Source: Trichoplax sp. H2
Taxonomy: Eukaryota
Assembly: GCA_003344405.1 (NCBI GenBank)
Contig: NOWV01000210.1
Coordinates: 1-64,000 of the forward strand
DNA: 64,000 bases
Direction: 5' to 3'
Within the stretch, counting starts at the first letter, position 1, and every line of letters begins with the position of its first letter. Both the position numbers and the translations under genes were made by a program. The notes beneath the pieces are model-generated. The model had not been told where the DNA came from and made no database searches. It was given only the letters and a program-made list of their open reading frames with translations. Below, piece by piece: positions 54,332-64,000 of this stretch.

Positions 54332-54738
54332 GAACCATAAACAATTTTATGGCAAATACTGGAAAGAGATGTATGATACCCTTAAAATTGAATCTAACAT
54401 AAGGAAACTAGAATGAGAACTATGCCAATTCTGTGGTTATTTGCATGAAAATTTTGTTTTACGACGGCAAAAAGCAAGCAGAAATATTGTAATAACAGAA
54501 AAAGTCAAAGCAAGTCCATTATACAAAAAAATGAAAAAAATTTATTTTTATATGTCATCACGTTATCAAATATGCTTGTAGCTCTCGACTGTTCTTCGTT
54601 ATTTTTTTTTTCTCAAACTACTATATTCGTATTCCGTTTTTATGACAGCCGTATTGGCATCAGTTTTATATGAGATCGTTAATTTCCACGTTGCAAGAAT
54701 GCTTCATTTCCAATTCTTTAGCTGCATTTTGCTAAGTA

Positions 54739-54780
54739 TATATGAACGTGACCGTATGCGAAATCGGTCACGTTCATATA
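54739..54780. repeat. Short palindromic hairpin element, copy 2
   Basis: Perfect 16-bp stem TATATGAACGTGACCG / CGGTCACGTTCATATA with 10-nt loop TATGCGAAAT. Confidence 0.85.
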
Positions 54781-55815
54781 CATACACGCTCATACAAAAA
54801 TAAATGAACACGGTAGCCATCGATGTAGTTTTCAAAAAAAATGAAAAAATATCCGTAATACCACTGGCAGAGATTAATAATTAAGGTAGTAATAGCAATT
54901 CCATCAAAACAGTTAGAGCTAATATGGTTTCATTAAAATATAAAAAAAGATTATTAAAATGTAGCCTATATGAAGCTCACTATAATCCTGTATTTCGGCC
55001 CTATTAAAGTACGACAAAATAATTGTACTGTTAATAACTTGTAAATAGTAACATCCATTTTATATGTCATTAACAATTGAAGTAACGATTAACTGTATAC
55101 CTATTTTACAACTTTCAGCGTTATAGACTTGATAAAGCAAAGGGTATTCTTCTTTACGATATTATTAAAAACTTGCATTATCGTAATCTAATCAAAAAAT
55201 TCTTATTTTCATAGCTAGAGGATCTAGCCCAGCCACGTTACGGGGGTTACTTTATCAAGAATTCAATATATACCTTACGCCATTTATTAATACTTGTTAA
55301 GAAACAGAATTAGTCATTGATGCTCATAAGGAGATGAAATGATTCATTGCCAAAAGTTCTTATGTCAAATTACGGCTATAGAACGACTATGCTATTTAAT
55401 GTATTTATGATATTAAATGTCTAGTAGATGGCAATGATATATCGAAGAATTTAATAGTGAGATTTTAATGATTTCATTTTTTACCATAATTTAATCAAAA
55501 TTTGCTTCAGCATTTATAGAATATACCAATAACGTTAGCACAACAATGAAAAAATTAATGCAGGGTGATAGTTAAAATACTTGATGGACTGTTTATGATG
55601 CATGTTTATTTTCATTTCGATATAAAAGAATAGCTATTGATTAGTTTTAGATTTCCGTGCGTCGTAATGATTACATTTTCCTGTAATTTACATCTGCATA
55701 GACTGATTAAAGATTTACAAGTAGAGAATATCCTAAACAATGGCTTCCTGTTATCATTGAGAAAAGAAATAGCACTTATTTGACCGTAGTATTAGCTATA
55801 CATTGGCTGTAATAA

Positions 55816-55870
55816 TTTGACAGAATAAGCTTAACTATACATGATTTGACAGAGTAAGCTTAACTTTACA
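55816..55870. repeat. ~29-bp tandem duplication
   Basis: ATTTGACAGA(A/G)TAAGCTTAACT(A/T)TACA occurs twice in tandem. Confidence 0.75.
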
Positions 55871-57879
55871 AGACGCTTTGTAGCTAGCAAAAAAGAAACG
55901 GATATAAAATAAAGGATAAGCCAGCTAGAATTGTCATTTAGTTCATAAAATAGATATAGTATGCAGAATAATATTTTCAAATAACTAATATACGAGACTA
56001 ATATTGCGATCCATTCCAGGCATCATAGAATTAATTTATTTATGTTAGGTATTGGATTGCAAAGTCATCATGACATGGATGACATGTAAATTTCTGAGTA
56101 ATGTAGGGCAATTAAAAATTCTTTCCGCATCTGTGCTTGTGAGTTTCGTCGTATTAGTTTTGCTATGCATATTGTGATTTAGTTGTTATTTATGAAAATA
56201 CCATGTTTATAAAAAAAGATAACAAGCTTCAGTATTGTATGTTGAAGACACTGTGTTTATTATCCTGACTCTAGTTTGCTACTAGTTACTTCGCCTAAGT
56301 AAAGCGATAAGCGATTGTTATAATTCTACCATTAATGTAATAATCATTGATAATATCATGTTTGCATTTTGTGTTTATTATTTAAGGCAATACTTACGGA
56401 CAACAATGTAGAAAAGTATAAAAATTATATCAAGCTGAAATTTTTAGTTTCAGTACAAGCTGCTACTGTTTAATTGATACTAAAGCCAGCACAAATAATC
56501 TTGAGTAGATACTCTTCATGAGTATTACATTGATCAATATAAGACAGATGCCAAGCAAATATATTATTCTCTCATAAATATTGTAAATATGAAGATCAAA
56601 TTGAATGCAATGCAATTTATTAGAGAAAAAAATATTCATATATTTTAGCACACTTTTTAACTCTTATCCTTGAGAGGTAATGGCTGGTCATAGTGTTGAC
56701 GATAAAATGATATCTGTAAGAATGGCGGTATATAATGAATAAGTACACACCCAAAAATTTAATTGAATGAACAGTATTTAAGAGTAGAAGGAGCTAAACA
56801 ATCTTGGAAGTATGCACGAGAATCGGTTACATCGATTGTGATAAACATAGCAAGCGGTAGCGGGCGCAGAGGACTTTATTTTCAAATTCATTTTAGTAAG
56901 GGATGCACTTTATACCTACGGGTATATCCGACTAAAATATCATTTATATCACGCAGGTACCGTATTTTTATTAAAATAATGGTACCAACCATTAGGTACC
57001 GGGTAAGGGCTCATTTCAAGTGTGAAAATAAGGTGTAAGGGAATGCATTTCGACAATCGATATAATCGATTTTAGTTGTCAATGACTTGAATATTGGTCT
57101 TCTCAACGTTGTTGTTATCACATCGATTTCATAGAACGATATCGAAAATAATTAATATTGATAGCTTTATGCGTAGTTTGTCCATTATTAATAATTCAAT
57201 CGATAAAAATAAAACAATGATTAAGTTAATTATGTTCGATAAAAAATTTAATTAATTGGAGGATTTGTGTAGATAGTTTCCATTTAGAAAATGTTATCAT
57301 TTTAATATTTTAGCTTGTTCTATTGATTTGAAAAATCGCCATAATTTTCGAATACTGTTTCAAGAGACATCTATCTTTTGATAGCATAAACTATTACCGT
57401 AAGATAGGTAGCACAAGTTTTTTATATCCTACGAGTATTTATCATTTCAATGTAGATTGTCTATGCGGCAGCTTAGGAAGAGTGTTGTTGCTGTGGCCAT
57501 ACGATTTATTTCATTTTTCTATTGAACAATTATTTTTTTTTATCTCTCTATCTCTTCATCTATTTACCAAATCGATAAAATGCTATTAATAAACATACAG
57601 TATCATAATCGACCTTAGCGAAATAAAGGTGACTGTCAATCATATTTCGAATTGTAGGTTAACGGATCATTAAACGAGATTTCTAATTTGCCGCAAGCTG
57701 TTACATAACGCTTCGACTCAATCATAATGTGGTATTCCTATTTTTATTATTTGATAGCAATCAATCTTTTTTATTTTCATCGCTATTAATTATGATCAAT
57801 ACCTTGAATAAAGGAAATAAATAAATGATTTTATCCGTACAAATGGCTTCTATCTTTACTGAAATTAGCATTAAAAATG

Positions 57880-60800
57880 TTCAAGTTGAAAAGTGAATGG
57901 CGTTACAACCTATGATGAGCAGAGTCGATAACATTTATCATCAACAATACTCGTATCTTATTTAATTGAACGTATCGGCGATAACTAATCAAGTACACAA
58001 ATGGTATAAGTAGTACTAATTCATCAAAAGGATAGCGATCAATCAATGGTATTTCTTGAAAATACGATCTCCATCATAAAATAAATCATCAATAGGCCAA
58101 CGTTACATAACAATAAATATATTGATTGTTGTATTTTTTCTAATCTATACTTTATTCAAGAGAAAATAAATGCATTTCTCCTTTTTATTATAGCTGCAAG
58201 AGAATATACTGCAGCGGTATTGAATATCTTTTTTATTAATGTGGGTTAAATTGTTTAAAAAACAAAAAATTTACATGATAATTCATTGGAAGGCAAAGAG
58301 GAGAAAAAAATAATTAATCTAAATTTGAAGAAACAATAGCCATCAAGGTAGGAAGAAAGAGCCAGATGTTATTATTTAATGTTGATAGGTTGGATTTAAT
58401 TATCAGTTTAGCATTTTCAATATCGTCCCATTCTTGGTTAAATCGATCTGGCTGTCTATACCATGGTATTACATTGTTAGTTCAGCTAACTATTTTCTCC
58501 TTATTGTTTAGGACAATAATCAAGTCAAGATTTAGACATCATCATCATCATCATCATTATAACCTACTCAGCCACTGTAAAAGCTATACCTAGATTAGAC
58601 TATTACAATGTATAATATTGAATATTAGTTGATCAGACATTTCTTTGTATTCCCCCAAAAAAGAAATTATCGCTAATAATTTGATGTCTTTCATAGTTTG
58701 TACTTGTGGTGAACCTGCGTCGTACAACTAGTCGTTTAATTGGACTTATTCATTTTAGGATAGAAAATTCACTATTACGAGCTAGTTGAATTGATCAAAA
58801 TTGCAAGCAATCGTTCCGAAATATTATCTTGGAGAAGAGACATCGACTCTTTATTATTCGATCACTGGATGAAGATTGGAGGTATTGAAAATTAGACTTA
58901 CTTTTTTTCATGCCAACAGAGTAGCATTTTTACTTTTCTTTTCAATCGTACCTTTTTTAATCCTCCTTCTCACTCAATAATCTATTCTCAATCATCATTT
59001 CCACTGATTATACTTTCAACATTAGTCTATGATGGATCATTTTTATACCCTATCAAATCAAGCTATCGACAATAGCTCCAATCCTAACGTTACAGTAGAT
59101 TACTTTGGGTAAAAATGATGGTGTTTGCCTATCATGTTCATGTTGCGATCTTACGCCATAATAATACCAAGCAAAGCAATCAAGACCTTCTTTATTTACT
59201 AATACCGTCATTATTTTTTTCTTCATGCGCTATAATGGATCAATTCTAATTCTAATCGTCCCATCTTCGTTGCTTATCACGCAAAAGCGATATCTTTATC
59301 GTTGAAATGCCAAGGAAAAAACAAATAGTAGATATTTTTGAACCATTTTTAATTCTAATCATTCTATCCACCCAGAGTGATTCAAGAGGCAATAAACTTG
59401 AAAGTGAATCAGCTTGCTTTTAGTAGTGTATCATGGTAGGAATAGACTGATATTTTAATGCACATTATCGTCTTGGTTAGTCTTCTTTATACTAGGACCA
59501 GCATCCATCCATCGATCATCCTATCGTTTTTTATTGAATCGCTGTTAAAGTATCTGAGCATAAAAGTTATTTATTTTATATCGAGAATGTCAAGCTCTAA
59601 CTGTAGCAATTGGTATTCTCTTACTGGCTCTGTTTATTTTTTTCCTTTTAGCCAGATATAAACTAAAATCCTATTTATAACTCCAATAAGTTTGACATTG
59701 ACCTTGATCTAACGATAAATTAGTAGATTCAATTAAATCAATGATCATTCGAACTATATAAATCGAGTCAAAATAATGATCATCAAGCCATTGGCTTAGT
59801 AATTCAGTCTAGCTTAATCGTTACAATAAAGTATTTTATTGCTTGATTTATAGTCATTTTCAGTATCAATGTTAATCCAAAGAATAAAATGAAAGTAGAC
59901 TACTCTATGTGGAACAAATCTCTGGTTAATTGATCTCAATCTATCTCATGTTATTTAGTCTAAATTACTTATCAGTATGATGCAAAGAATAATCGTGTGA
60001 CTAAGCGATCTAGAATAACATCATTTCATTTTAATTTCTTTTATCTCTCCATTTAAGGAATAGAATAATTTTTGCTATCGAAGACATTACGCGATATATC
60101 TAGTACCAAGAAGACGATTCGGTCCTTGATATCAAGTTGGAAGCGCCAATTGTTCAGGTGGTACAACTAACTGCAGAAGTAAAATGGGCATTCGACTTAG
60201 TAGTAGCGAATATAAAAATTTCGAAGATGAAGCATCTTTAACAGCGGATACTGCCTTACCAGATGAAGGTTCGGTGGTAAGTGTTGTCGTATTTTGCCAA
60301 CTTGTAAAATTCTACAGTATCGTAAAAATCTCCATTTTTATCTAAGCTCCATGTTGCCCAAGGCAATAAAACCAATATTGATCTAAAATAATCACCTACT
60401 GTATACCTATGATGTCGGCGATAGAAAGTTTTACCATTGCCTATGCCTATTACCTCTTCTGTTGACTATGGCTAAAAGAGAGCGTGTGCAAGGAAAAGTT
60501 TATTCTCCTGACAACCTCATTATCCATTTTTTTTTACTCTATTACGATAATACTTTCTTTCTATCATGCGCTGACGGTAGTATGGCACTTAGCCGATAGG
60601 ATAACAATTTACTTTATCTGCATCTAGGTTGATTTTAGATTGTAAAATTCGTTAACGCTCATCATCAAGACGAATTACTTCACTCTTAATTCGATTACCA
60701 CTTTAAATCATAAGCTAAGCCGGTCATGACAGTTCAGTAGTTTATTCTAGAATCAGTAGTTAGGTTTCTTTTTCATTTTATGCCTGTAACTTTCCTTTTG

Positions 60801-61277
60801 TCACGGGACATTCAATTAAAGGTGACTTTAAAGTTTGCTTTATACCAGATGTATCATAGTTTAATCCCTATTTGTAATTAAATTCATAAATCAGCTAATG
60901 ATACAAAGACATGGTATGATCCAAGTCAATTGATTAATACTAGTCAAATTAAACAGCAGAAATAACCATGATTGAATGCACAGTAGACGATAATTAACGT
61001 CCAAATAGTCATTAATTTTATGTTGATAATCATAAATGGAATATTTTCCCATTTCTATCTTTGTACTTTACTGTGATGTCCATTCTATGACATCCAAGTT
61101 ATAATAGAGGGTATCTGTGGCTTGAATCTGATTTCCTTTGCTTCGAGCGATCATTTGAGGGAAGCAACGTTAAGATTAAAATTCCCACTACCAAAAACAA
61201 ATTGGCTATCAAAAATTAGGAAGGATTACCAGCCCTTCGCTATTCCCTCCATTCTCAGACTTGATGATACTAAGTAG
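57880..61277 (+). pseudogene. Degenerate multi-exon gene relic, tentatively HEAT/TOG-repeat-like
   Basis: Phase-compatible AG/GT-bounded segments 59026-59108, 59376-59435 and 59496-59549 read SMMDHFYTLSNQAIDNSSNPNVTVDYFG-VIQEAINLKVNQLAFSSVSW-TSIHPSIILSFFIESLL. Other exon-like pieces carry in-frame stops (LVSYLIERIGDN* near 57990; NRIIFAIEDITRYI*YQEDD at 60057-60275). Confidence 0.35.
58537..58557. repeat. (CAT)7 microsatellite
   Basis: Directly visible. Confidence 0.85.
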
Positions 61278-61419
61278 TACAGCATACGTCGTACAAGTTA
61301 CTAAAGTAAATGTTAAAAGATACACTTAGGACGATCAAAGAAAGAATTCCTCTTGCTATTTCAATTTCTTGTGGTATCAATCGCATTAATGTTCCATTAG
61401 ACGAAGTTCCGAAATTTTT

Positions 61420-62195
61420 AGTGATGTCTGGATATCACTAGAAATTGTATACATCGATGAAAATAATTAATACGGATTTGATTCAAGTCCGTCAAAGGTT
61501 CCATATAAGATCAGCTTTAGTCCATTCTTTGAACGAATGATCTTTAGAAATCAGCAGAAGTTGTGTACCTAGGTGAAAATGGTTTCGATCTAAGCCTGTC
61601 AAAGGGTTCTGTAAAAGATAATTTTAAATCTATTTTTCAACGAATCATATCCAGATATTACTAGACATTGCATACCTTGGTGAAAATGGTTAACATGGAT
61701 TCGACATGAGAAGCCTGTCAAAGGTTCGATATAAAATCCGCTTGAATCCATTTTTAAATAAGTGATATCCACATAGGGCTAGAAACTGTATACCTCAGTA
61801 AAAATAATTAACTTGGATCCGATACAAAATCGATTTGAATCCATTAGTAAACGATTGATATCTAGAAATCACTAGGAGTTGCACACTTAGGTGAAAATGA
61901 ATTCGATCCAACTCTGTCAAAGGCTTCATACAGGATCATTTAAAGTCCATTTTTAGAACGAGTGATATCTAGACATTACTAGAAATTGTATACCTTGGTA
62001 AAAACGGTTAGCATGGATTCGACTTAAGCATGTTACAGGTTCGATGCAAAATTATTTTGAATCGACAGTATTTTTAAAGGAGTAATATCAAAGTATAACT
62101 AGAAATTGTGCACCTTAGTTAAAATGATTACGTATTGATTGAATGGAAGCCCTTCAAAGGTTCGGTGTAAAATCAGTTCTAATCCATTTTAAACC
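61420..62195. repeat. Diverged tandem array, ~7 units of 93-120 bp
   Basis: The anchor CTAGAAATTGTATACC-like motif occurs at 61438, 61554, 61661, 61779, 61872, 61979 and 62099. Units share blocks GTGAAAAT, TGTCAAAGGTT, TCCATTTTT and GATATC. Confidence 0.9.
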
Positions 62196-64000
62196 ACTAT
62201 TTCGCTTGGGTTTTGATTTCGTTCCAGTTGTAGTTAGATGAAGATTTCCTTCATCTAACGCTTAGTCTAAAGCAAAATTAGAATAATGTACATGATTTCA
62301 ATATATCAACCTTCCAATTTTTTCTTAACCTAGACGTATATAAAATCTCTCAGCTAGAACGGCGGCTTTCTTTACCATCATATACTAGATTATACGTCGG
62401 AAGCCTTTCTTGATGCAGTACATTATTACCGCTATTGACTTTTTCAGGATGTCAGTAATACCTAAATTAAATTTCTCTTACGCAAATGTCTTTTTTTATT
62501 ATATAATATGGCAACCATGTACAATCTTGGGCCATTAATCTGGTAATATTGATAAATATTGTATCAATTAAATAAAAAATTGGCCTACTATAAACTTATC
62601 CGACTACCTACCGCCGTTTTAATACGCATAAGAAGGAGTTAAGATACTTTCTGTATAATTTTCTGCCTTTACAATAGTTTTTAACTGGTCTATATCTACC
62701 CGGAATCTTTCACAACTTGTAATTTCATCCTCTAGCTACCTTAATCTAATATCACATTAGCTGAAAGTGCCATAATGATATTGTATCGCCTTGTATCCAC
62801 TACCATAAGTGATGCTCAATATTCTTGCAGAAAACATTTACATTAAGTGTTTTGACTGCAGTATTTTATTCTAGATATTCTTCTTTAGGCCTAATTCCGT
62901 ATCAACTATCGTATTTTATCCAGTAGGAAAAGGCAGCGCACAACGAAAATGCTTTTACCTTCATATCCTCTATGTCCTGCTCTTTCTCTAATAATATTCC
63001 ATTTATTTTCATTTCACAATGGTGATCATAAATGATGTAGAATTGGATAGTATTGATAAACTTTATCATTCAATGAAGTTTAACCAGACAACAAAATAAC
63101 GCCAACTCAGAACGTTTAAAAATCAATCCTACCTAAATCTCTATCATGGCGAGTGTGAAAAGTAAAAATTTCCCATCAACAAATCTTAAAGTAACCGCTT
63201 AGAATCTATTATGGACCGAGCATTTTTAATAGATTTTATTTTACATCAACAAAATCTTCCCCGGATATTCATCTTTGAAATGTTTTCCGCTTGCATGACA
63301 AATCAATAACTGAATCAAAGTTATATTTAATAAAGGGATAATTATCTTAATGGATTATCAAGTCATCCATCTTATTGACTGCCGGTTAAATGACTTCTTT
63401 TTCCTTTTCTATCCCACTCCTATGACTTCTTTACTTAGCTCCATTGGATAGTTGGACTGTCATACTATTTATTCCTGCCAGTTGTTGTAGCAGAGAGATA
63501 ACAAACAATCTCTCATATCAACAGACTTTATCTTAAGTGAGTTTTATCCATCGCTTCTGAACTAGAATTATGATTTCGATACCTTAAATTTTATTAAAAG
63601 AGAATATTCCATTTCAATTTCATCGATAACAAGCGTTAATAAGCTTAAGGAAATATAGTAACCTTCTTTTGCATCAAATAAAATCGTAACCAATTCGTGT
63701 GTGACATTAGTTGTCAGTATCACGGATTAGACTATTCTAAATTCATTTTTGGTTTTACTAGAAGTAGAAGCTTTAGAATCGAATATTTCAACCAACCCTT
63801 TACAAATCTACTTTGAGATTTCGTTGAATTTCTACGTTTCCTTTTCTATATTTTACCTTATTTTAATATGATCCTGAAGTATAAATTGCTATAATCTGTT
63901 ATAGGAAGATTCTTGTATAGTTAAACGCTTCTAATTTATCAACTTTGCTTTCAATACTTTTTGGACAAGCTTTATAAAATGTGAAAAGCTGATGAAATAT

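Noticed and set aside
56763..57050. 91-aa ORF and weak inverted repeat in a slightly GC-richer patch
   Set aside because: No recognisable domain, and the inverted match is short and gapped with no clear TSD.
58366..58593. ORF with a poly-His run
   Set aside because: The His run is a (CAT)7 microsatellite and there is no other coding signal.
61420..62195. CRISPR-like repeat-spacer array
   Set aside because: Whole units are homologous with no unique spacers, the repeats are long and degenerate, no cas genes are present, and the context is eukaryotic.

Overview
AT-rich, intron-dense eukaryotic DNA from an early-branching animal. Small GT-AG introns and an expanded GABA-B-like receptor family suggest a placozoan such as Trichoplax, but the taxon is inference only. 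The window has three tandem + strand class C GPCR genes of GABA-B type (Venus flytrap domain joined directly to the 7TM, short coiled-coil tail), each with the same 15 coding exons: <1-8436, 14739-22716 and 36622-48249. It also has an intact 7-exon mitochondrial ribosomal protein S18B gene (50681-52306) that the ORF track largely misses. About 15 solo-LTR-like elements (TG...CA ends, mostly with 5-bp target-site duplications, TATA and AATAAA inside) from several families fill introns and spacers. One is nested in another, one sits in a receptor 3' UTR, and one appears as a presence/absence haplotype pair around two N-gaps. No gag/pol sequence was seen. Also present are TA-flanked hairpin/MITE-like elements, a ~110-bp tandem array with trimeric higher-order structure, and several decayed gene relics (ankyrin-like; tentatively HEAT/TOG-like and USP-like). 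All exon coordinates and alignments were read by eye.
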